A stretch of DNA of 59,782 nt, filler included, from Sphacelaria rigidula (taxonomy: Eukaryota), in assembly GCA_964200075.2 (NCBI GenBank). It is 10 parts of 10 records of this genome, joined end to end, with 100 filler letters (N's around TTAATTAATTAA, not from the genome) between each part and the next. Parts side by side here need not be neighbours in the genome. Positions count along the whole stretch, not along the records: positions 47,907 to 53,794 come from CAXNAA020023716.1; positions 53,895 to 59,782 come from CAXNAA020023717.1; 8 more parts are not named here. The stretch is one strand, 5' to 3'. The notes under the pieces are model-generated. The model worked only from the letters and a program-made list of their open reading frames with translations. It had not been told where the DNA came from and searched no databases. This document shows positions 49,976-59,782 of this stretch, piece by piece. A program made the translations under genes and the position numbers. Position 1 is the stretch's first letter, and each line of letters starts with the position of its first letter.

Positions 49976-51707
49976 ATAATGGTCCTATGACTATGGCATG
50001 CAGAATGTCAAGTATTCGTACCCCCCATCCCCCATCCCCCACCCCCAACATACGCACACGCGCGCGCGCACGCGGGTAAAAAGGCGACTCAATTACTGGT
50101 CTTTGGGCCGTTGGGGAGACACATGTTGGGCAGATCTGCAGAAGGAGCGTTAGGAGGACGAGCATCAGGGCATGGCGACGCCAGCGGCGTGGCCGGATTT
50201 GCGGTGACTACGGCGGCTTGCGGACACGCAGTCATTGCGCTGGCTCTAAAGTTCGTGGGATCTTCACGTACGTCTGGAGCCGGTGGGGCATTCGGCGGCC
50301 GCTCTGGGGTGAGATGGAGAAGCAGATGCGCATCATTTGCCCCAGTGGGGGGGAAGGGGGGGAGGGGGGTCCCACTTGAATGCGCGGTATATCGTATACC
50401 TATTTTGCTGACGTATTTTCATTTATGGTGAAAACCAGCGCTCGTTCTGTTTTGTCACGTGCCGTTACGTCGAAAATGATCCCGGTACCTTTGTTCATCT
50501 GGCTACAGCTCGGTCTCTGTACTCTCACGAGTGAGTGGGTTGGAGTTTTTCGAGCTGTACTGCGGGGGTCGACGACGTGATTCAGGGGGTCCCCCGGTGT
50601 ACCCTGTCCGGTACGATGTGTAACGGTACCGTAACGTATTGCATCGTGGAAACGCGTTGTTGTCGAACATCCCCCACTGCTTTGACGGGATAGTGTTGAA
50701 GCTGCTCTTAGAAGATTATATTTTTCGCCTGGGGTGCCCTCTTCTATTTCGTGTGTGTAGGTATGTGTTTCGCTTTTTTTTTGCTCTTCCTGTTTTTTTT
50801 TCTTTTTTTTTTCTCTCTCCAGTATCGCTCTGGTTGTTTTGCCCTTAGAAACAAGGTACTTTGACGACTACTACAGTCGTGTGTCTGTATGTAGATGCTC
50901 TGAGGACCAACTGTTGAGTGACTTTAGGAGAACTATTTTTATTCTTGATTCCTTTCCTCGGTGGGTTGTGCAATATTTGTTGCACCCCAAGGCACCAAGT
51001 TCATCTTGATCATTTTCTATGAGACGAGCGGTTCCACGAGAGAGCCCACGGAGAATTGCGGCCAAATCGAATCTCACCCCTGAATACGCCCAGCAGTAGT
51101 CCAAGATACAGCACAAGACTCGTGAAATGGCCCCGAAGGATGCAGTCTAAAAACACGTTTTTACCCCCTTTCTTTCATGATTTCCAACATGTGAGACGTG
51201 AAAGTTTCCAATTATCCTCAATACCCGTGTTTTTTCTTTCAATATAGTTCTTGCGCCCACTCCAATCTCGTACGGGAACGGGTTATTGTCACGTGGTTGT
51301 CCACAATTGGAAGTGCGCATCAGCTCAGGCTGTATGGAACAGGCGAATGACCTTCCTGTAGGTGCGTTAGGCCATTTCCCACTCTTCTCGACACTACGGA
51401 GTTCAAAGTGTATCAAATTGCCGGCGGTCCAAAAAATGAGACAGCCAGAGTTGGCGATGAAGTTGAACGAATTTCGACGGGTTACCAGAGCGCTGATTCA
51501 GTGCTCGATAGTCATGTACCGCGGGGGGGATGGGCTGACCCCTTGAAAATACGAACCCGCCCGGAGGAGGAGGAGGAGGAGGAGGATGAAGGGGGGTTGA
51601 AAGTAGGACGTGAAGAGAAGAAATAATGCCGTCTCAACTAGGCTTTTTTCAACTCTTGCTCTGCCGACTTCGGGTGAGGTGTGTTTTTTGCGATCCAGTC
51701 TCTCCAT

Positions 51708-51888
51708 GATATATGCATGCATACATGCATGCACACATACGTACGTACATACTGCGTACGTATACACACACGTACATACGTAAATACATGCAAACATATA
51801 TCCATACATGCGTATATACATGCGTACAATTGTACGTACGTACGTACATACATACATGCATACAAACGTACATACATACGTACATATG
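51708..51888. repeat. Degenerate (CATA/CGTA)n microsatellite
   Basis: Direct reading. Confidence 0.9.
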
Positions 51889-52466
51889 AATTTGTGCAGT
51901 TATGGATATTTGATGATTTGGGTGTGCAACGCTGACGATCATCCTACAGTTGGGTTCGTTAGAGAGATAACGTGCGGACGAAACTGCCTCAAAAAAAGAA
52001 GAGAAGAAAAAAATTGCTTTCAATACAAAAATCAGGTCAAAATATACCCCATTTTGACCTTTTTTGGTGCACTTACACCTCAATGTTGACCGATTATGGA
52101 CGTTTTTACGTCAAGCACTAGCGATTACAAGCTGGAAGTTTGTTACAGGGGGCGTGCGTAGGCTAACGTCACGGAGATATCCAAATCAATGGTTGTTTTT
52201 GCGATTTTCCCAATTTTTTCCACGATTTTTCGCGATTCCCGGGTCTGCTATGCTTTACTGGAAAAAAAAAGGGAAAAATGGCCGTATTTTGACCGACCCA
52301 CTTTTTCTCGGTCGCGAGGCTGCGCGGGTCAAGCACCCACGTTGCACAGAGAGTATTGTTCTTAGCTAAAAAAACCCCAACGAATGCAACCAAAAATCAA
52401 AAATCAAATCGGACATCGTTTGGGCTCATGCATGAATAACTGCACATACTTACGGGACCGAGGAAG
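51889..52466 (+). mobile_element. Stowaway-like MITE related to the 1381-2410 mariner
   Basis: Ends ATAACTGCACATACTTACGGGACCGAGGAAG|TA; inner left TIR TTGTGCAGTTAT; AGGTCAAAATATACCCCATTTTG shared with the reverse complement of 2237-2260. Confidence 0.7.
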
Positions 52467-52723
52467 TATATACATTCCGTACATTCGTGCAATATTGTAT
52501 CTCACCTGCCCGAATGCCCCCCCCCCCCCCCCCCACCCACCCGCGCAGCGCCTGCGCCCAGGTCGGGGGGGCCGCACCCCTGTCCCAGCCCCCCGCACGG
52601 GCGGCNNNNNNNNNNACTGCACAAACTTTAGGGCCCGAGGAATTATATACTTTCCCTACATTCGTGCAAAATTGTATCTCCCCTGCCCGAACGCCCCCCC
52701 CCCCCCCCGGCACCACACAGCAG

Positions 52724-52975
52724 GAACGATGGATCCCGGTGGTGGGCAACGCCTCCGCTATCCTAGCCGCAGTCACGAGTGCCCTGTCTTGCTGGATACA
52801 TCTACCCGGGGAGGGCATGAGAACCCTCTCTGCCGTGCCGTGCTGCATGCTGCTGCTGCTGCTGCAAGAGGACGGAAAGCTCCTTGAACGCGGGTCTGGC
52901 TATTCTACGGCGGTTCCTACGGCTGCTCTATCGCTATCGTGGTGTGCATCGGCGGTGTACTACCTCCTCCTCAGG
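52724..52975 (+). CDS. Probable internal exon of a polytopic membrane protein, NO EXINE FORMATION 1 (NEF1)-like
   Basis: Phase 0/0 exon, CACACAGCAG|GAA...AGG|GTAAAG, 84 codons: ERWIPVVGNASAILAAV...CMLLLLLQEDGKLL...PTAALSLSW; from memory resembles the plant NEF1 W.PAVGN...ILLLLNQD segment. Confidence 0.5.
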
Positions 52976-53794
52976 GTAAAGTGACAGGAGCCCGCTAGCG
53001 CTCTAGCGAGCTAGCTATTTCCCAGTTGCAGCACACACACCACCGTGTTTTCTCATCACGTCTTGGGTTTGATTTTCGTGTCTTCGGGAACGCGAATGCA
53101 GGCGCGGGGCGTGAGTTTTTTGTAGGGCATTATATTGGTTCAACACACTTGAAAATGATGGTGTGTTGGAGTAGGCAGCCCCCAGCTGCGTCTGTGGGGG
53201 CATGCATGCATGCGTACACCCTTGTCGGCTTTTCGTCTTGACAGTTTATTTTCTATGAAAAATCTTTAACGAAAGGGACTATCCCATAGCTCCACTCCTT
53301 TTTTATATAAGGGGTTATCATTCGGGACCCGCTGTTTTTTTATTGTGATGGTCATACTGTCGACGCCTCCCCTTCCTTACATTGAGTTCGTCTTCTCGAG
53401 GGGTCGACCCCTGTCTCCCAGTTACCCGCCCTTGCATTCTGGTGTCGCAGATTGGATCATGACCAGCACTGCGGCATCGCATCGACTCTCATCGAACAAA
53501 GTCGGCTAACTCTCTCTGCTGCTCACTCAGATCCTCACGATTCCAACGACCGAAATCAGAATCTTGCAAGAAAAAGTTTGAACACATCCGCAGGGAATTG
53601 AGCCCGCTTCCTATCCACACTAATAGTGTCCGCTGAACCACGGCGCGGAACGTGGCGCGGTAAAATCGATATGATGATTTTTTTTTAATTTTAATTTTTT
53701 TATCTTGATTGATTTCCGCACTTTGACTGACACCCACCCCCCCCCCCCACCCACCTACAACCAAAAACCAAAAAAAAAAAAAAAAAAAAAAAAA

Positions 53795-53894
53795 NNNNNN
53801 NNNNNNNNNNNNNNNNNNNNNNNNNNNNNNNNNNNNNNTTAATTAATTAANNNNNNNNNNNNNNNNNNNNNNNNNNNNNNNNNNNNNNNNNNNN
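53795..53894. other. Artificial contig linker
   Basis: Same spacer. Confidence 0.99.
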
Positions 53895-56800
53895 TTCGGG
53901 CATTGTGAATACAGTACCTTACTTAATCATTCGGTGCGGAACCGATGTGTTGCGTGCAGTGGATGCGCTAGTGATGCATCTCACGAAACAGACAACGAAA
54001 TCGCTATCCAAACCGCCCTGCCGCTCACACAGCTGCGCCATCAATTCAACTGCGCCGCGGCACCTTCGTGCCATACTTCTCGCTTCTGTGGGCTCTGATT
54101 GGCTGTGCACATCAATGCACATCAATGATTTTTTGAATTCGCAGGCGTTATTCAGGTCATGACTTGAGAAAAAATATGGGTCCTATACTTTAATCAAGTT
54201 GCGCACATCAATGCACAAGTTACCCTATGGGCGCGGAGCCTCGTGAGGAGCCTCGTGAACAGCACCGTGTACGCCGGCTGCTGGGTGCTCATTTTTTTCG
54301 TTGTCAATACTATACTTGATCGTGACTGTTCAGACTTGAGATCACCCAAGCTGTGTTCTTTATCACGTACTCTACGAATGAGAGCAAAAGCGTCAACATT
54401 CCTGTGAAAAATTGATCAATGAAATATGTTATATTTGAGACCGTACGATTGACAAAAATATTCATCATTTTTCATTTTTTATCTTAAAGAAGAGAGTCGA
54501 AGGCAGAAATGAGGATTTATTTCATGACAAATTTTCTGTGCGGTAGATAAAGGTGTCAACCATGATGTTTGCTACGGAATACCGCAGCAAGAGGACAGCA
54601 ACCAGCTGCTCTTCGTGGCATTGCAGATTTGGAAACCATGATCGAGGATGATTCACCAGGTATGCTTTGTGAAGATGGTAGGTATCGACACTATGGTGCA
54701 AGTAGTACTACAGCTGCTCTATGGACTGTGGTCCCGGTACATGTACAGCAAGTACACCAAGATGTACAGGCGTGTAACAACAGCCTTGTAGTTGTATAAT
54801 ACAGTAGTAGTGCTGTACCGTTGTGCCACACAAGGGCATTCAGTCGGAGCTGGCAACCTAGTGCTACAGGTTTCCGCACTGCTCTTGCATCACGCCGACC
54901 GGTTATTATTCTGGTATCGTCGTCCCCAAGTAGTGAATTGTTTGCCTGGTATATCAAACGATATGATGGGCAGTCAAAGTGTACATACAAAAAAATGTAG
55001 GGGACACCGCAACAGCACATCACACCGCCGTGTCGCGGGGGTGTTACTCACCGTACGTCACGAGTATGCAGTACCCTTCACCCATCCAAATTCCAGGGAA
55101 GAATTGTAGTGCAGTGTAGACAGTATTGCAGTACAGAGTACAGCGTGGCATACTTGTACAACATCACAGCATAGCGAGGCGCTCCGACTTGTTTCCTTCA
55201 TCGAGGGACCGCATACTTTCCTTGTACTGTAGCACGGTACAGACAGTAGGACTGTACGAACGGCGTCGCATACTTTTGCAGTATCACAGCACAGCAGGGC
55301 GCTCTTGCTTATTTCTTCATCTAGGGTGCCCTTTCCTGTCTGTGGGTAGTAAATATTTTCAACCAATCGTGGAAGTCGTATCAAATCAAAAACGATGTGT
55401 GCTGGCTATCTCACATTACATTTAATTGGGAAACCGACAGCCCGCATGCTTCTCACATCCGGTTGTCTTCAACCGGTAGACGACGAGCGTCGCCTCGGAA
55501 CAGTTGTACAGGCTGACAGTCCCGAGACATCCGTGCGTTTCCAGGGCTCGGGGGGGGGGGGTGGTTTTTGTCGGGGGGGGGGGTATCTCTCGGCGGATCA
55601 TCGGAGAAGCTCACGGAGTCAACCATCTGTGTTCGGAAGTTTCTCGCGAAAAATTATGAGCCGTGCACGAAGTGCACGAGGCCCGAGTGGCGCGGGGTGA
55701 CCATTTTGACCAATCACGGTCGTCAAAATGAGCACTTTTGTTCCGGTAGAGGTAGACAGCTGATATACACATTCGCCGTCTACCCTCAAATCTCATTTTG
55801 ATCATGCCATGTCAACCATAGATTATGTAACCAAAAAGCAGGTGTTTGAGCATCTTCGGTACACTTGTGTCTGTCTGTTCAGTACTGCCTGAGCGTCCTA
55901 CCAGCTCCACACCTCCATCTGGTATAAAAGGTCATGGCGCAACACGCGAGCGGCGGCCACAAGTATCCTACGCACGTAGATGTAGACAAGTACTTCGACG
56001 GTGAGGCGACCGCCATCGCCGAGCAATTGCTCTACGGTAATCAGAGGCGTTCGCGGCGGTAGTCATGGTGCGCGATATCCAAACGCACGCTGCGTACACT
56101 CGGCACGTTCAACACTGAAAGATCCAGTACGCTGCAGACCGCACGTGCAGCCGCGGCACGATACACTACAGGCTGCACAAGAAGAATATGAGGCGTAATA
56201 ATCAGGTGGTCGACAACCACACCACCGTCTGTGTCATGACTCTCACAACTATGTGCCTCTTATGCACTCCCGGTCCCTTCTGCCGTAGAGTAGGCGTTTT
56301 GAGTTGTGACAAGGGAAATATTCTGAACTCAAAAGTGGAGTGCCTACCTCAGTCTACGAGCGGAGGGGTTGCGGTCTAAGGGTTAAATAGCACATCAACA
56401 ACAGTTGGGAAGCCCTTTCACGAAGTAACATACAGAAGTACCGACTCCTATATATGTACAGCTAGCTTGTGAGGCCGGGGTGCTGTTTTTTGCCGTGTGC
56501 ACAAAGTTGAACACACTTGACCCGTTGCATCCCCTTATTGAATAAAACTAATCCGACCTAACCGGGACGACATTTTTGGTGCGAGCATGAGGTATGTCGG
56601 TGGATTCCTTTGTAGCCTCCCGCCGTAAAAATGGTAGTTGTCGGTACTTTATTTTCCCAACTTTTCTTCTCTGTCAGCGCTTGAAATAACGAGGCGTCTG
56701 GCCTTGGGACGATAAGGGAGGGTTCCCAAAGGGTCAATCGGGTGCTCAGAACATGGGTGGCTTCGGAGGAAAGTAGAGATACCAAGGCCGGGCTCGACAG

Positions 56801-58320
56801 GAGAGTGAATATTATCCGTGGAGAAGTCAATTGGAGGACGTGGGTGTGCTGCACAATAATGAGGCACGCCAGTGTCGTTCCTTTTCAAAAGCACTGACGC
56901 ATTTGACCAAAGTGATACCTGTAGTTCATAACCCGCGTCTGTCGTTGCAGACGGTCATGCTCCAGGGCGTCAAATATGCGGAGACTAGAGTGGCAAACGT
57001 CCTGGAGAGAAGTGTGTCCACATCAGCACGGCTATGTGGTGCCACAAACCGTGCCATGGACTGAGGAGCCCGGATGGCAATGGGTGCATGTCGCTGCGAG
57101 GGGAGGCAGCACTGAATACACGAGACGTATTGCGGTAGAGTAATACACGACGGAGTTGACACTGTGTGCTTCTAGCCGGCAGTACAACGAATACTGTAGT
57201 ACCGACTGTCCGATACGAACCACGCCTCGGCAGGGCTGGAATACCCGCGATCATTTCATGGAAATTGATAAGTAAAACTCGCCCTCTGTCCCATTCATGT
57301 ACGCTGTCCCATTCTGGAACCAAGTGAAAGGGTGAAGAAAAACTCCACGAAACGTCGATCAAGTGCATGTGGAAAAAAACCTCAAGACGTGCAAGCGCTG
57401 CCGAGAAGGATTCCAGGTTGATTCTTATAGAATAAGGACTACTGTGATAGAGTAAGACTACAGCGACCGCCCCTGTCCTCGTCAGACCGTTGTGGTCTCG
57501 GGAAGCTCAAGTGTGGCACTGTGTGCAAGGAGACGTCGCCCCCTTCTCGAACAGCTTCACAGTGATCCTTGTCAAGAGATACTGTTCGGTTCGGCTCGTC
57601 TGTACGGCCGCGTCTTGGGCGAGATGGCGTATCAAAGCCAAGGTCGTCTGCCTCTTGACACATGAAAAAAATATTGACTGGCGGTTATTCCCGGTGTTAC
57701 TAGCAGCGTGGACCGATAAGCGCCCGACCTAAACGACATCGCTGGCACGATCTGCGACTGCCTCCGCGTGGATTTCAAAAATCGTTCACCTATGTAAAAT
57801 GCCATTAACAAGTAAGAAAATGTTCTGGAACAGTTCAGCATCATACACAATCGTCATTTCAAGCAGCGCAGTGTGCACAGAACGCCTAGAGTCGCCAAAA
57901 CAGGTGCGTCGACACCTACCTGCGGCTTCAATTTGCACATAGTGAAGTTTCAGCATCATCAGGCTCCAGGTGCGCTGTGTTTTGGCGCCCTAACCTTTCA
58001 AGTTATCGCCTCCATATTACTGAAGACGAGCAATGCTGACGTGCCACGTCGTGGAATAGTAATTCCCCAATCCACAAAAGGTCTCTTACCACCGCAATCA
58101 TCCGATACGTTATCTGATCTACCATCACGCAGTTTATATCATTATCATCTTCGAAATATATCCAGGACCACATCTATAGACAGTGCGAGAATATTCCGCC
58201 AGCATTGTCCCGCGTGTATCACATGCCTGAATGCCATACAGGAGTAGTTCATGTAAAAAAATAGAACCCGGCGCCCTATTTCCTACTCATGCTCAGAAAT
58301 CCCGCTCCTTTGTGGCGCAG

Positions 58321-58979
58321 GATGGGAACGCCACGCTTCCAAACGCAGCGGGGCGCTGTTCCTTCACAAGGCGAGCACAGGCGAATCGCGCTGGTTCGAA
58401 GGTTGGGTCGAAAAAAAGTCGCGGTGGTACGGCCGAAAGTACTGGTTCCAACCCACGACCGGTCGGTCAGAGTGGGAGCTCCCAGGCAAAGAATTCTCGA
58501 CATCCCCAGCAGTAGCCACCCCGGGGGCTGCGACACAGCAGGGGCAGGAAGGGAAGGACGGTGACGCTGTGGACAGGCGGGAGAATGAAGGAGGCGTCGC
58601 CGCAGACTTGCCCAAACCGTCAAACGAAAAAGTGAAAGCCTGGATGGCAAAAATCAAAGCAAAAAAAGCCGAAGCGGCGGGTGGTCAACACGGCGACATC
58701 AACTCAACCGCTGCTACTGGTGATGGTGGTTCGTACACCAGCCATAAGCGAAGGCGTGATGAACAACAGCGGGTGAACGAGGCTGACGACGCTCGATCGG
58801 ACGACATGGAGCTAGATGACGATCTTGACGACGGGCAGGCAAGTGCGGGACAATATTTGCTGCCGGCTGCTGCGGGGATGCATCAGCCACCTTTGCCGCC
58901 CTTGCCGCCGCCTCGCGAGGATGTGCCTCTCGTCGCGCTGCGACGGGAACGCTTGAGGATTGCTTGCTTGGAACGCTTC
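58321..58979 (+). CDS. Probable exon encoding two tandem WW domains plus a low-complexity linker (possibly PCIF1/CAPAM-like)
   Basis: Acceptor CTTTGTGGCGCAG|; open frame GWERHASKRSGALFLHKASTGESRW-FE-GWVEKKSRWYGRKYWFQPTTGRSEWELP continuing into track ORF 58569-59117; candidate donor TTC|GTGAGG at 58980 (alternative at 59084). Confidence 0.7.
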
Positions 58980-59701
58980 GTGAGGGAGAATGAGCAGTAC
59001 GGAACGATGCGCGGGTACTCGAAGACTAGCCGCAGCTGCCGGGATGAGGGAATGTTTGTTGGCTTGGGCGGCATGCTCGGCAGGTGCGTTGTGGGATTGA
59101 GAATGGACGGTTGGTGACAGCTTCTTTCTTTAAAGGTGTGTGATTGATAAATTGATTGGTTTTCTGGACCGTTTTCACCTGAAGCCATGCTGCAGGGGCC
59201 GGCCATTTCTAGGTTTTATTTCGTTTTTCATGCATATTTCGTCTTCTCTAGTTCTTCTCTGTTACTTTCCTGTCCTCTTTGTGTGAACCTGCTTGTTTTT
59301 GGTTTGTTTTTTGTTTTGTTCGATCGTTTTTGCTGCCCATTTTATTACTTTAGTTTGCTCCATCCTTTTGTTCTTGTGTCCGCTTTTTATTTTCATTTTG
59401 CGAGCGTTTTCGTCCCCCTTTTTTTTCACCTTGGATACACGTGTCCGTCTTGTGCCTGCGCTGGGTCCCTCGCGGATCATTTCATACGCTACAGTCAATC
59501 ATTCGTCAATTTTTACAATGGCTGATACACTGGGAGTCCAGCCGTGGTCATATGATGAACGTCTGAATCCAAGCAAAACATGGAAATGCGCCGCCGCGCC
59601 TCTTCGGTGCAACGGGTAGGGTGGACCGTTGAGGATTTGAATTCTGGCAAAAGCGTTTTGCTTCCGGAAAAAAAAACTATTTCCGTCGCTGTAGACGTTG
59701 C

Positions 59702-59781
59702 GCCCCGGTGGTGTAATGGTCCGGCTGTCGCCATTAGGGTGGAGAGAACGGGGGTTCGATACCCGACGCGTTGGTTTTTTT
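59702..59781 (+). ncRNA. tRNA-derived Pol III unit (SINE head or tRNA pseudogene)
   Basis: A-box TGGTGTAATGG, B-box GGTTCGATACCC, T7 run; acceptor stem does not pair. Confidence 0.45.
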
Positions 59782-59782
59782 C

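Noticed and set aside
50590..50880. LTR edge TGTAAC with an adjacent PBS-like sequence
   Set aside because: No second LTR, TSD or recognisable coding domain on this contig
52439..52710. Apparent tandem duplication around the 10-N gap (similarly 42500-42720)
   Set aside because: The two copies flank a scaffold gap next to homopolymers and differ by error-like substitutions; probably an assembly artefact
52990..53015. Helitron 3' end (hairpin CGCTAG-CGCT-CTAGCG plus CTAG)
   Set aside because: The hairpin-to-CTAG spacing is too short, and I see no 5' TC end or second copy
59702..59775. Functional tRNA gene
   Set aside because: The acceptor and T stems do not pair properly and no clear anticodon loop can be drawn
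1..59782. Fanzor/TnpB, endogenous giant-virus or prokaryotic defence genes
   Set aside because: By eye I found no RuvC/Zn-ribbon, capsid or operon-like ORFs; a profile search could still reveal eroded remnants

Overview
This window is eukaryotic and is not one locus. It is ten unrelated contigs of 5888-5889 bp (1-5889, 5990-11878, 11979-17866, 17967-23854, 23955-29842, 29943-35830, 35931-41818, 41919-47806, 47907-53794, 53895-59782), joined by identical artificial 100-bp linkers (N44-TTAATTAATTAA-N44), so nothing can be inferred across linkers. The DNA is TE-rich intronic/intergenic sequence, most likely from a stramenopile such as a brown alga. That assignment is an inference from the style of the RTE, gypsy and copia proteins and from isolated GC-rich exons in large TE-filled introns. 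Recognisable mobile content: one complete but decayed Ty1/copia element (both LTRs, 5-bp TSD, half-tRNA PBS, PPT), a second partial copia, a Ty3/gypsy fragment with a nested internally deleted pogo-like transposon, two decayed LINEs, an internally deleted plant-mariner-like element, many MITE/foldback elements (TA-TSD and 8-bp-TSD families), tRNA-like Pol III heads, and tandem arrays. Three probable host exons are present: a CK1-like kinase N-lobe, a NEF1-like membrane protein segment, and a tandem-WW protein that may be PCIF1-like. I found no CRISPR array, rRNA, prokaryotic operon or clear viral gene, and I cannot support a definite novel system. The best leads are the pogo derivative (Zn-finger/HTH, no DDE, non-canonical CA target), the mariner-type MITE enclosing a tRNA-like promoter, the 8-bp-TSD transposons with phased palindromic arrays, and the tandem-WW exon.
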